From positions 1-35,276 of the forward strand of contig RBNJ01000255.1 of NCBI GenBank assembly GCA_003990765.1: a stretch of 35,276 bases of DNA, in the 5' to 3' direction. The DNA is from Jimgerdemannia flammicorona. Lineage: Eukaryota. The notes under the pieces were generated by a model. That model did no database searches. It saw nothing but the letters and a program-made list of their open reading frames with translations, and was not told where the DNA came from. A program made the position numbers and the translations under genes. Shown here piece by piece: positions 22,227 through 34,412 of the stretch; positions within the stretch are counted from its first letter, which is position 1, and every line of letters starts with the position of its first letter.

Positions 22227-23700
22227 GGTGATTTTGTAGGAGTGGGGTCCTTCGGGGTGTCTATGAGAGGGCGTCGGCATTGGCATTGGTTCTTCCAGGG
22301 TAGTGGGTGATTGTGGCATCATATGCTTACAGTTTCATAATCCATCAGATATAGATTCCTTTGGGCTCACTAGTAGTAAGCAACCAGGTGAGTGCTGAGT
22401 GGTCTGTCTGGATGGTAAAGTGTCTTCTAGCTAGGTAGTAGTGGAACTTCTCTACAGCCCAGATGACTGTAAGGCATTCCAGCTTATAAGACTCATAGGA
22501 TTGCTCTGCCCTGCGAGTACCTTGGCTGAGATAGGCTACCATGTATTCGATGCTATTCTTCTTTTGTGCGAGGACAGCTCCAAGTCCCATTGCACTGGCA
22601 TCTGTCTGCAGAATAAACTCTTGAGTCCAGTTGGGTCTTCTCAGGATTGGGGCCTGAGTCAATCTGATCTTGAGCTTGTCAAAAGCTAGTTACTGCTGCT
22701 GAGTCCACTGGAACTTGACCTCTTTTCTGAACAGATCATAGATAGGACTGGCAATGTGGAAGAACCTTCTAATAAATCTTCTGTAGTAGAATACAAGTCC
22801 CATGAAGGCTCGGGCTTCAGTGACACTGGTAGGTACTGGGTATGCTGCTACTGTCTTGATCTTTGTAGGGTCTATATGTGTTCCTTCACGGTTGATGATG
22901 TATCCAAGGTATGCGATTTTTTCTTCTCCAAACTTGCATTTCTTGGGCTTGATATAGAGGCCATGTTTGCAAAGCCTTCTGAGGATTTCCTCAGTATAGT
23001 CTAAGTGCTCTTTGGCTGTTCGGCTGAAGATGATCACATCATCTACGTATACCATCATCCATTTCTCCATAACATCTCTGAAGATACTATTTATCATTTG
23101 CTGGAAGCTTGCTGGTGCATTGCATATTCCAAAGAGCATATGGAGATAGATGTAGGTTCCATCAGGGATGATGAAGGCTGATCTTTTGCTGGCTTCTGGT
23201 ATAAGGCTGATTTGGTAGAATCCTGAGAATATGTCCAAGGTGGTGTAGAATTGTGATTCATTCCCCAGTATGATGAGAATATCACCGATGTTGGGCAATA
23301 GTTGTCTGTCCTTCTCTGTGACCTCATTGAGTCTTCTCTAATCTGTGCAGAGTCTTGGTGCAAATTCTCCTGGTTGGCTTCCTTTCTTTGATGCAAGGAC
23401 AATGGGAGAGGACCAAGGGCTGCTGGCTTCTTCAATGATACCGGATTCCTCCATTTCCTTGATTTCTGTTTTGAGCCATTCTCTGTATGCTGGTGGAATG
23501 GGGCGGGCCTTCTGATAGATTGGTTTTGCATCTTCAGTATTGACATTATGATAATACAAGGGTTTCTTGGTCTTGATGTCCTTGAAATCCATGGCCAGTA
23601 CATCCTTGAATATATGCAAAAGGCTCTGCAATTCTTCCCTGAGGGGAAAGTTTCTTCTGATTGTATAGGTGTGTTTGTCTTGGCTTTCCTCCTTCTTGTG
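22219..23700 (-). pseudogene. pol: E2 reverse transcriptase and RNase H
   Basis: SSPWSSPIV, SGFYQI, FGICNAPASFQ, YVDD, TDASAMGLGAVL, TDHSAL, NADALS. Confidence 0.95.
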
Positions 23701-23739
23701 CTCCAATTCAGTGATCTTAGTTGCTATGAGAACTCCTCT

Positions 23740-24155
23740 TCCTGTAGAGCCAAATTCAGCTCTTCCTTGTTGAGTTTGTCTGATGTTTGCGACCTCCTTG
23801 ATTCTTGGATTAAGGACAGGTAGGATGAGCATTTGTGTCAGCCGATCCTTCTTCCTTACTTCAAATGGGATTATTGGGTTGTGGTTCCTGGCGAGGAGAA
23901 GGATTTCTCCAGTATAATTCAAATTGATGACTCCTCCTTCTATAGATATTTCACTTTTCACCAGGCTACTCCTTGTCTTGAGGATTCTGATATGGTTTGG
24001 TGGGATGGTTACTTCAATTCCTGTTCCTAGAATGGTAGTGGTCTGTGGTTCGAGTATTGTGTGTGTAGTAGTATATAGGTCCATTCCAGCTGTATTCTCC
24101 AACTTGTACTGTGGCATGACTGCATCAGGGTGAATCTTTCGTATCTTGACTGTGA
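23740..24155 (-). pseudogene. dut: E2 dUTPase between protease and RT
   Basis: AGMDL, TRSSL, GGVINLNYTGEI, DRLTQ, RAEFGSTG within ORF 23338-24507. Confidence 0.93.
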
Positions 24156-24261
24156 TATCTTCATCCTCATCATCACTGTCATCCAATAACTCTGGTGGTC
24201 CGTCTTCTAGTTCCTCCTGGTTCTTCTTTGGCTTGTTGGTGATCTTCTTCACCTCAATGAT

Positions 24262-24360
24262 ATATAAGTAGCAGTGATCCAAGTGCTGGGCACAGTACAT
24301 TCTTTCACCATGGGGGCACCTTCCTAGTGGGGCATATCCATCTGCGATTCTTGTATACCA
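24262..24360 (-). other. E2 Cys/His zinc-finger-like module (WYTRIADGYAPLGRCPHGERMYCAQHLDHCYLY)
   Basis: Within ORF 23338-24507; final TAT plausibly from TGT; homologous to 13562-13660. Confidence 0.75.
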
Positions 24361-24489
24361 TTCTTCCTCTGTCAATTGCTTGCCTTTTCCTTTCTTTGTT
24401 GTAACTATATAGGCTTCTTCTTCTTGGTCTTCCTCTATCTCCAGGCAGACTTCTTTATGGATGTTGATGGGAATTCTGATCTTTTTTCC

Positions 24490-24790
24490 CCAGTAGATGA
24501 TTTGCATCTTCTATGCACTGAGGTCGATCATTGCCTTGGCTTTGTGAAGCCACTGATTGCTGATGAGGATATCGTAGTTGGTTGCATTGGTGACAATGAC
24601 ATCCACAGGGATAGTAGCTTCACTGAACTTGATTGGTATATCCCGGATCTTTCCCAAAGGTGTTGCTCATATTCCATTGGCCGTGATAAACACCAATTTG
24701 GTGGCTTCTTCTATCTTCCAGCCTAGGTGGTCCTTGATCTGGCAGGTAGCATAGGCTGATGTTTTTCAATTATCTTCACTCTCTTTATCT
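24490..24790 (-). pseudogene. pol: E2 protease remnant lacking the D-T/S-G active site
   Basis: SAYATCQIK joined in frame to DHLGWKI..TANG..PLGKI..YDILISNQWL; alignment with the E3 protease shows ~22 codons missing. Confidence 0.8.
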
Positions 24791-24799
24791 GAATCTTCT

Positions 24800-26179
24800 T
24801 GTGCATTGTTGGCTTCAACTATTCTCCAACCTTGGTCCTTACCGATGTCTGAGATTCCTGTTCTCATTTATTGTCTGAATGTGGGAATTTCTGCTAGTTG
24901 GCTGAAGGTTGCATTGACTTTTTGGTCCTTGAGGTCCTTGAAGATATCATACTTAAAGGTCTTGCTTTTGTGCAATTTCTGCTCCTTCTTTCCTTCACTT
25001 GATGGGGTAGTGTTTCGGATGATATCCTCCACTGCTCGATCAAGTTCGGCATCCTGTTCCAGCTCCATTTCTTGATCAGCTTTGCTCTGCTGGATCTCAT
25101 TTCCGATGTCGACTTCCAGTTGCTTTGTTTGTGTCTGGGTCTTCTTAGGAGGTCTGCCTGGAGGTCTTTTATAGGGGCTGGATTGGATATCCTTCTTGCT
25201 TGAGGTGGCAAGGTAAGCTTCCCATTCCTCCCTCTCTTCCTCAGATTCTCCAATCTCCTCAAAGGTGATAGTGTTTGCTTGTTCGCAGTTCCTGGTTGCA
25301 TTGCTTGGATTGGCCTTTCGCTTAGTTTCTATCATACATTTGGAGGCATAGTGGCCTTCTTCTCTACAATTATAGTATGTTATTGATTGTCTTGCATTTG
25401 TAGCAGCAAACTTCTGTACTAGCTTCTTCTTGAATTCCTTGACTATATCACTGAGGTGTGCTGTCATTTCTGCAAACTGCTTGGCCAGTTCCTCTATTGG
25501 GTTGACCCTTCTCTGATCTTGTGGTTGTTGTTATATATTTCGATTAACTATAGCAGCTGGAACTATATTGGTAATTCTTGGTGCTTGCTCAATTTTTACT
25601 CCAGTTATCCTTTTCATTATATGGCCTTGAGGGTGTCTGGCAGTCCAGTATCTTTGGGCATAGGTAACTTTCTGTCCCAGGTCCAGTGGTGTTGGGGTAG
25701 ATCAAATGGCTAAAGCGATTTCTTAGTGAATACCTTTCATGAAGGTATTCTTGGCCACTTGGTCTTGAACTGCATTGGGATAGTCAGTAAGGACTATTTG
25801 GTGTCGGATTCTTGTATAGAATGTGTTTGGGTCTTCTGACATTCCTTGGCAGATGGTATTCAGTTGATCTTTGAGTGCCTGTTTGATTTCATCTGTGTAG
25901 TAGGTTACCCAGAGCCAGGCCTTGAAGGCTAGGATTCTTGCTGGATCATTAGCTCCTTATATATTAGCTGTAGTAAACACAGTTCTTGCTGGGCCTCAGA
26001 GGCTCACAGGGAGTAGGGCTACTTGTTGTACTACTGATAAGGTTCTTACAGCAGCATACTGCTTGAAATCATCAATGAAGGTGATGATTGATTCATCAGA
26101 GATATATCCATAGAATATGGGTGGTCTCATATCTATTCTGTCTGATTGTGTTGTGTGGGTTCTGATTGCGGTTGTTCAT
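24800..26179 (-). pseudogene. gag: E2 gag
   Basis: PPIFYGY..ITFIDDF; zinc knuckle YYNCREEGHYASKC. Confidence 0.85.
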
Positions 26180-26217
26180 TGTTCAGCTTGAAAGTAAGGA
26201 ATTCATCTTGAATCATC

Positions 26218-26232
26218 AGCCAATGGGCACCA
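26218..26232 (-). promoter_or_regulatory. E2 primer binding site TGGTGCCCATTGGCT (tRNA not assigned)
   Basis: TGG 3 nt inside the 5' LTR. Confidence 0.7.
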
Positions 26233-26235
26233 AGT

Positions 26236-26693
26236 TGTAATGTAGTAGATGCTAAGATGGGCAAGTACGTCAGATTTCTTTATCTTGAATTCTTGTCTTC
26301 TTGACTTCCAGAGTCAGTAGTTCCTTGAGGTCAAATGTATTTTTAAAGAGGTAATCCCGAAGGTCCTTTTATTGGTATACTTGTTCTTTTTCTAACACTT
26401 TCGATCTGAGATTTATTCACTCAAAGATACTGGGTTATTTATATAAGTTTGCTAGCTATGAGATGGCTACTGAGTTATGCAGCTAAGTTATGAGTCATTT
26501 AGATAATGTCTAGAAATTTAGATAATGTCGAAATGCTATACTAAATCGGGGTGTTTGATTTGGACAATGTCTAGAAATTTAGACAATGTTGGAATCGGTG
26601 ACTGCTAACTATAAGGCTATACTACTTTGGGAATGGGTGTGATCAAGTGTCTATTCCCTATTTCCTTCTTCCTAATTTGGCTATACTGCCACA
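26236..26693 (-). repeat. E2 5' LTR (458 bp)
   Basis: TG...CA; direct repeat of 20653-21099; TATAAATAA on minus at ~26435-26443. Confidence 0.93.
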
Positions 26694-26697
26694 ATAT

Positions 26698-27017
26698 ATA
26701 TAAATGGGATATATCTAGCTTCATTTTACTCTATAATTCTTCAGGAGTAAGATTGTCATCCTTATACTTATTGTTATTATCAGCTTTCTTACTTAATGAT
26801 CAAGAAACATATTGATTACAGATATATGTTGCTATGTTGATAGCTTCAGTCCAATAGAAATATTCTAATCTAGTAGTATTGATCATCATCTGCACCATTT
26901 CAATGGCTGTACAGTTAAATTACTTAGCTATGCTGTTTTATTGAGATATATAAAAAGTCATCATTTGATGGCTTATGATATATTTTGTCAGAAATTCTCT
27001 AAATATATTATTGATAT
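26698..27017 (-). pseudogene. Ty1/copia integrase C-terminal half (same element as 19143-20652)
   Basis: SQ*NSIAK*FNCT (decayed PQQNG.AER.NRT), YWTEAINIATYICN, TPEEL*..DISHL. Confidence 0.85.
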
Positions 27018-28447
27018 TGTAACAGACCAAAACATACCACCTGAATTATAACTTAGCCAGATGATGCGAACAATTAGCATACTTACTCAGCATGATGTAA
27101 CTTTCAGTATATCATAGTTACTCATGCCTGCCATACTTATAATTAGCCAAGACACCAGATCAGAATTATTTACCTATATCCTGCAGACACTCATATCCTG
27201 CGGACACACTCATGTCTTGCAGACACACTCATGTCCTATAGACATACCTGTACCCAGAGGATATACCCAAACATTACCAAAGATAGCAAATCTATAGTTA
27301 GCCACATAGTAACCAGATAGCAACCAACTTGTATAAATTACCCCAGAGGCGAGAGTGAATAAAACCTCAGTCCGAATTGAAGTGCAAACCAAAGAAGCCT
27401 CTAAAGATTGAGCAATTGGTCTCCTTATTCCCACTCCGGTCTACTTTCCAATACAAAGAAGAGTTTGTTATGTTTTTGGTTCGCTTGCCAGATAAGCCTG
27501 AAGACTTGCCGCCTAAGTTCAAGAAGAACTTCACTGCCTTTGGTTCGCTTGCCAGATAAGCCTGAAGATTTCTGCCTTTCTGCCACCTAAGAGAAAGCTG
27601 CCTTGCTCAAGCCAGTTTCTGATGCAACTTCGCAGTAGAGCCAGTCTACGACGTAACCCCGTGCAAATGAAGCCAGTCTTTGACGTAACTTTGCCAAGAG
27701 ACCCTTTCCCAAAGAATGCCACCAGTAGTTCATATTCTCAGTCGAAGCCGCCGATTTAGAAGAATCTGCACCACCTGAGTTATTTCCCAGAAGTCCGCGG
27801 ATTCAGGAAGAATCTGCGCCATCCCGTTTCCTAGTTAGAGCCTGCTGATTCAGGAAGAATCTGCACCATCTGAGTTAATTCCCAGTTAAGCCACCGTTTT
27901 CAAGAAGCCTGTCAAATCTGTGTCGTCTGCCACTTTCGAGTTATCTACATTTCCAGAAGAGCCATCCGAGTTCTTCATTATTCCCAGTAAGCCTATAGAA
28001 GAATCCATGCCATACAATTCCCAGAGAGCCAAATCGAGTCATCTGCCAGAAACCACATACTTTTGGAAACCCATTGCACTACACAGAGATTGCCGTGCTA
28101 CATGAAGATCACCCGCTACTCAAGAAGGAGAACCACTAAATTGCCAGACTGTTACACCTAGAAATTGCATACTTTTGGAGATTGTCATGCTATACAAATT
28201 ATTGTGGCATTCTCAGTTGACCCAAGAAGGAAACCCATTCATACACAAATCGCCGCTACACCCAGAGAACAGTCCTAATAAGGAAACCACTCGCAGATAT
28301 CCAGCTTTGACTATTATACTGCTAAACACCAAGGATCTCAGGAATCTTAGAACATTTTGTTGCTTTTGACAAAGTAACTGGGAGCTCAAGCCAAACTACA
28401 TCAACCCCCAACCTTGTAATTTGCCTCCATTGAGCTGGCATGTTACA
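27018..28447 (+). repeat. E3 5' LTR (~1430 bp) with several internal tandem repeats
   Basis: TGTAACA...TGTTACA terminal inverted repeat; starts where the copia frame breaks and ends 2 nt before the PBS; TATAAAT 27332-27338, AATAAA 27358-27363. Second LTR not in the window. Confidence 0.75.
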
Positions 28448-28449
28448 TT

Positions 28450-28466
28450 TGGGGGCTCAACTGGGA
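28450..28466 (+). promoter_or_regulatory. E3 primer binding site, tRNA-Pro type
   Basis: TGGGGGCTCAACTGGGA closely matches the canonical PBS-Pro TGGGGGCTCGTCCGGGA. Confidence 0.85.
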
Positions 28467-28482
28467 AGATTTTAAAATCGAT

Positions 28483-30480
28483 GTGACTTTTCAGCTCACA
28501 AGAACCCACAGTCAACTGGATACATTTGATACAACACCAATCTCTGCCACTACAGGAGAACCAGTCATCACTAGCATTTGGACAGGAAGAGAAGTAATCA
28601 CCTCAAGACTTGCCAACTACCCAGCATCAGAAGGATCTCAACCAGAAGCAGGAGGTAGTATAGCCCAAAATTCCCAATCAGATCAACCAGATCAACCAGA
28701 TCAACCAGACAATACAGGCAGCCCTGCTAGAGTCTTTGGAGAACTTGCACAAGAACTAGACGAACTTATTATCCAGACCCAACATCTTACAGCCAGACAG
28801 CATACACCAGTCCCACCAATCTCACCAATAGAACCCCTACCACAACCTCTTGCAGAACCAGAAGTAGCTCCTACAAGGATACCTAGGCCTACTCCATCTC
28901 ACCCAAGAACAAGAACACCATCTTCAAGATACCCAAGCACCCTGGTCTCTAGTGACAGTTCAGAAAGTGAATCAGAATCAGAATCCGAATTCGAACCAGA
29001 ATCAGAAGAAAGTGACGAAGAAATAGCCACCTCATTGCCAATCTTTGCAGGATACCTGGAGGAAAACCCCAGAGAATTCCTTGATGGAATCAAAGGAATT
29101 GCAGCCTTGAGGAATCTCTCAGATGAGAGGAAGATTGCGAGAACCAGCTAGAGGGATTTTCCATCGAACAGCAAACAACCCAGATTCAGAACTAGCAAGA
29201 CAGATATAAGCAGCAGTCTCCTATGAGCTAGAATATCAGGCCATGGTCTACTGGCTCATAGAAAAGTATGCAGGAAATGAAACCCACCACAAGGCTCAGG
29301 AATCCATCATGGGAATGAAGATGAATCTTGGAGAATCACCCAGAGCCTTCTTCACAAGAATCCAGAAGAGAATGCACTCTGCCGGGTTCAATGCCACCAA
29401 CCAAGACATCATAGGTCCAATGACCTTCATGAATGGGATTCCTCTGAATATTGCCCAGCATATCTGCACCCTAGGCATCAGGAGGTCTGAAGAGCAAGTA
29501 GATGCTGCCCAAGGATTCTTTGATATCAGGCAAGGAACTACCTGGAGTGACCATGACAAGAAGGAAGATAAAGAAGATATCCTGGTCAAAGCCCTACAAG
29601 GACTCCTTCAAGGACAAGAAAGGTCTGAAGAAAGAAGGCCAGCCAAGGAAGGAAAGAAGGACAGAAGTGAAATTCAAGACCTTAGCTCCAAGTTAGACCA
29701 ATTGGTTGGGCAGATTGAAAAACTCACCACATGCGAAAATCGGGACTACCAAAACAACAGAGGGTACCCACCACAGAGGAGCCAAGGTTATCCACCAAGA
29801 GATAACAGGAATTACCAGCAAGAAGAAAGAAGGTACCCTGCCTGAGACAGAGCCCAAGTCCAATGCTTCCACTGTGGACAATTCAGACACTATGCCACTG
29901 AATGTGACAACAAAAGAAGTGACCGAAGGGACTCAGAACCACCAAACCAAAGGAATGACACCCAGTACAAGAAGACTGAAGCCCATCCTATTGAAGATTT
30001 CGAGGAAGCAAGCAACAGTGAATACTACAGTGATCTAGACTTGTATCCTACCAAGGTTACTACCCAAAAAACAGTCTACCCAGCAGAAAAAAGAAAGAGA
30101 CCTGTGGGAAGACCATCCAGGAACATCAGCAGAAGAATCATTCAAGAAGAAGACGAGGAACATGAAGAGGAACAAGTTGAAACACCTCCCCAAACTCCCT
30201 CACCTTTTGTGCCTGAGACAAACGAGTTGCCACCAGAAGATGAAGAAATGGAACAAGAAGAATGAGAACCTGCTGCTCCAAAGTCTAAGAAGAAGTACAC
30301 CCCAAAGACCATGCCTAGGGATATTTACAATGAAGCCTGGCAGAAGATTCAAGAAGCCAAGATGGAAGTCCCTCTCCTGCAGTTCCTGCAACTGACATCA
30401 GCTGGAGTCCGAAACAAATTGCTGAGAACCACCAGGTCTAGCACTGGCCGAGTTCCAATCCCACAGCAAGAACCAGCCTC
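28483..30480 (+). pseudogene. gag: E3 gag
   Basis: LPIFAGYLEENPREFL; MKMNLGESPRAF; zinc knuckle CFHCGQFRHYATEC at ~29863-29904. Confidence 0.88.
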
Positions 30481-30499
30481 CATCCCTATCCAAGCAGCC

Positions 30500-30880
30500 G
30501 AAAGACATGTCAGCACCTACTTACATGGAGACATTGGAGGACAAAAAGCAAAAATCCTCATAGATACAGGAGCAGCTGTCTGTGTTATTGCCAAACGATT
30601 CTTGGACACCCTCCAATGGCCCATTGACGGACCATCCAACCTCAGCATCATAGTAGCAGATGGAGCCCGAACTCAACCCCTTGGAGAAGTATGAAATATC
30701 ACCATCTCCCTTGGACACATTCAGTTCTCTATCCCCAAAGCTGTTGTCACCGAAGCTGTCACCTATGATATGATTCTTGGCACCAACTGGATGAAGGAAA
30801 TGAATGCAGTTGTTGATATTGGCCAACAAGTACTCAAGTTCGACTACCGAGGCAAGAAGTATAGAGTTAAAGTGACCAGC
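30500..30880 (+). pseudogene. pol: E3 aspartic protease
   Basis: ILIDTGAAVCVI, VADG, YDMILGTNWM. Confidence 0.93.
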
Positions 30881-32188
30881 TATGAGCAATCAAAGAAGAA
30901 GAAGAAGGTCACTATTCAAGAAGAATATGCCAGCAGTGAGGAGTCTACTACAGAAGAAGAAGAAGAATCCAAAGATGGAAATGATCCCAGACTCAATCCA
31001 CGAATTAACCTGGTGGATGACAGACTAGAAGACAATATGTGGACCAAGAATACTATCCCTATCACCATTGGAGCCATTGCAGGAGAAGCCAAAGGATGCC
31101 CTACATGCCTCAAGAGACACAAGTATCCTGAGCACTCCTCCAAGATCATGGGAAAAAGGAAATTGCCTGGTGCAGCCTGCCCAGAATGCAGAAGAAAGAA
31201 GAAGAAATGCAGACATGTTCCAGAAACACCTGTGACCAAAGCTGCAGGAGTACAAGCAATTTGGGGTCAAGAATCATCTGAGGAAGAAGAAACTTCTGAT
31301 CAAGAAGTTCCTGAACAAGAAGCACCTGATGAAGAAGAAGTCTCCAAACTCATTCCCTGGGATGACCCTCGCTGGACACCACCTGAAGACAATGACCCCT
31401 GAAATACAGAGAAAGGACCCAGCACCATCACCATTATCCCTAAGAAAGAAACCCACCAAGAGAAAGCTTTTCAGCTAGGAAGATGTCCACATCAAATGGT
31501 CTTCCACTCTCTCTGAGACTACTGCTATCAGTGTCATCTGTTGGATCAATAAGAAAGACAGAGACCTCAGAGACCAGAACCCCCAACTACTCTTGCACAG
31601 TCCACCACCTTTCAAGAGGTCACCACATGGTTACAAAGTCAATTTAGGGGACAAGGCTTCTTCACCCAAACAGAAATATACCCCTTATCTACCCTTCCCC
31701 CAACCTATGATCAAGATGGGTACCAATTCCCAAGACAACAAGAGATAAATAGCTGGGAACATCATTTCCAAGCAATGGAATATTGTAACCATAGGAGACA
31801 CCCTGATTGCCGAGACTGCAGACATCAGAAGATTCACCTCAGTCATAATATTGCAGTGCACACCTTGAAGAAAGGAGATAACCGAAGCCAGATCTGAAAA
31901 AGTCAGATTCGAAAAAGCCAGACCAAGAAGCCCGGAAAAAGAATCCTCAAGATCTACGATTTGGGAGAAGACATCCTAGCTCTCGTCAGACATGTAACCC
32001 ACTAAGGATGGGCAGAAGATGCCACCAACTTCATGGAAGCCCTTGACCCTACAGGAAGGAGGGGAATCAATTACCTCCGAGACCCCTCTACTGGAGCCAG
32101 ATGGCCACACCTCAACCTTAGAGCTTGGAGGCTTTCTGCTAGTAGAGCTTCAGCTCTAGGAAAGCCTGAACTCAGCAAGGACATTGCC

Positions 32189-32593
32189 CAGTATGCCCTG
32201 CTGCACTCCAAGGCCAAACCCCCAGCCAAAGCCCACCCAGAGGATGTAGGATATGATCTTCACAGCCTGGAGAATGAATCTATCAAGTCTGGAAAAACCT
32301 TCATGGTCAGAATGGGATTAGCCATGCAACCACCTCAAGGAGCTTATATTCAACTGACCTCAAGGTCTGGACTTGCCAGACAAGGGATAACTGTAGAAGG
32401 AGGAACCATTGACCCTGAATATACAGGTGAAATCAAGGTTATCCTACACAACAGCAGTGCAGAATGGCACCGAATCATTAGAGGACAGAAGATTGCCCAA
32501 GCAGTCTTCATGAAGGTTAAGACCCCACAGTTACAGGAAGTCTCGGAACTAACTAAAGGAACAAGACAAGCCAAGGGATTTGGAAGTTCAGAC
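32189..32593 (+). CDS. dut: E3 dUTPase domain (stop-free) within pol
   Basis: VGYDL, SRSGLA, GGTIDPEYTGEI, GQKIAQ, RQAKGFGSS. Confidence 0.95.
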
Positions 32594-32999
32594 AGGAAAG
32601 AGGTACATCTCCTTCAAGTCAACCACCTCAAGAGAAATGTCCCCCAGCAAGTATACCGGCAACCAGTCAGACTGCACAAGAACCTCATCCTGGAGCCTGG
32701 AGAACAAACTACTTTCGAAATCTTTGCACCACCCGACCCCAGAAACCTTTTCTTTGAACCTAAGGAAGATATCCCACACCTGGACATAGAGGGACACACA
32801 TTCCCTGAAAAGATGAACCCAGTATACTCCTGAGCAATCAACCAAAGTTGGGAGACCATCATCCTGCTGAAAGGAACCATCATAGGACATCTGGTGCCTT
32901 TTCTCAACCGAACTCATAGGGAAGTTTATGAACTAAACCTATCGGAAATGGCAAAAGGTCTCAGAAGAAAGGAAAGGCCCCTCTGCGACCCAGGAGACA

Positions 33000-34412
33000 G
33001 TGAAGCCTTCCACCAATATTGGAGAAGAATTGACACCTCAACAACAGCAACAACTAGTAGAACTTCTCAACAAATATCAAGATATCTTCACCACTGATTA
33101 TGGTAACCTGCCATACAATCCATCATATCACCATAGCATAAATACAGGAAGTGCAACACCCATCTGGCAGAAACCCTATAGAATACCCCATCATTTGAAA
33201 ACATTCAAAAAAGAGCACATCCAAGAACTCTTAGACAATAGAGTCATCCGACCCTCTACTAGCCCCTGGGCCAGCCCTATACTTATTGTACCAAAGAAAG
33301 GAGGATGGAGACTCTGCATGGATTACAGAAAACTCAACTCAGTTACTGAAAAGGATGCTTATCCTTTGCCCAGAATCGATGATCTTTTGGACCAGTTACA
33401 AGATGCCAGATACTTCAGCAGTATGGATCTCTTCGCAGGATTCCATGAGATCCCCATGGACCCCAAGGACATTCAAAAGACAGCTTTTCTTGCTCTAGGA
33501 AAACTGTTTGAATACCTCCGGATGCCCTTTGGACTTTGCAATGCACCCCCCACCTTCCAGAGGATGATGAATTCAGTCTATGCCCCCTTGATCCACCACT
33601 GTCTGATTGTATATATGGATGATTCCAACATCTATTCAGCAAATTTCGAAGAACACCTGCACCACCTAGAGGAATTCTTCAAGCTCACCCGCAAGAATCA
33701 CTTGTGACTAAATGCAAAGAAATGCTACTTTGGAAAACAGAAACTCGAATTCCTGGGATTTGTGGTCTCAAAAGAAGGAACCCATGCAGACCCAAAGAAA
33801 ACTGGGAAGATCAACAATTGGCCAGTACCCAAGACTCCAAAAGAAACACTATTATTCCTGATGCTAGTATCCTACTACAGAAGGTTCATCAAGGATTTTG
33901 CCCAAATCACTGCCCCAATCCGAATCCTTCTCAAGAAAGGAATGACATTCAAATGGACAGAATCACAGGAAAAAGCCTTCAGAGAACTCAAGAACCGCAT
34001 GACTACAGCACCAATCCTTATGTGCCCCAATCTACAGAAGCCATTCATCTTGTATACAGATGCTTCCAAAGATGGCCTAGGAGCAGTTCTAGCCCAAGAA
34101 GGACCTGACCAACAGCACCATGTGATAGCTTATACAAGCAGAGCTACCAATCAGCAGCAGACAAACTATGGTAGCACCAAACTGAAGTGCCTTGCAGTCA
34201 TATGGGCAGTCACTCTGTTCAAGCATTACCTCATCGGAAAAAGGTTCACCCTGATCACAGACCATGCAGCCCTCAAATGGCTATTCAACTGTAAGGAACC
34301 TGCCAGAATTCTAGCCTGCTGGATCCTTATCCTTCAGGATTACAAAATCACCATCATTCATAAAGCAGAGAAAGCCCACAACAATATTGATGTACTTTTC
34401 CACCAGCCCTAA
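33000..34412 (+). pseudogene. pol: E3 reverse transcriptase and RNase H
   Basis: SPWASP, CMDYRKLN, YPLPRIDD, MPFGLCNAP, YMDD, TDASKDGLGAVL, TDHAAL; one internal TGA at 33705. Confidence 0.96.

Larger units (their letters stand above)
20653..26693 (-). mobile_element. E2: Ty3/gypsy LTR retrotransposon with dUTPase, no chromodomain, internally deleted (6.04 kb)
   Basis: LTRs 20653-21099 and 26236-26693; 4-bp TSD ATAT (20649-20652, 26694-26697); removing it restores the copia frame SHLYIFRY. Confidence 0.95.

Noticed and set aside
32033..32833. Host DUT1 gene or stand-alone dUTPase
   Set aside because: It lies in the pol frame between protease and RT; the ORF limits come from mutation-derived stops.
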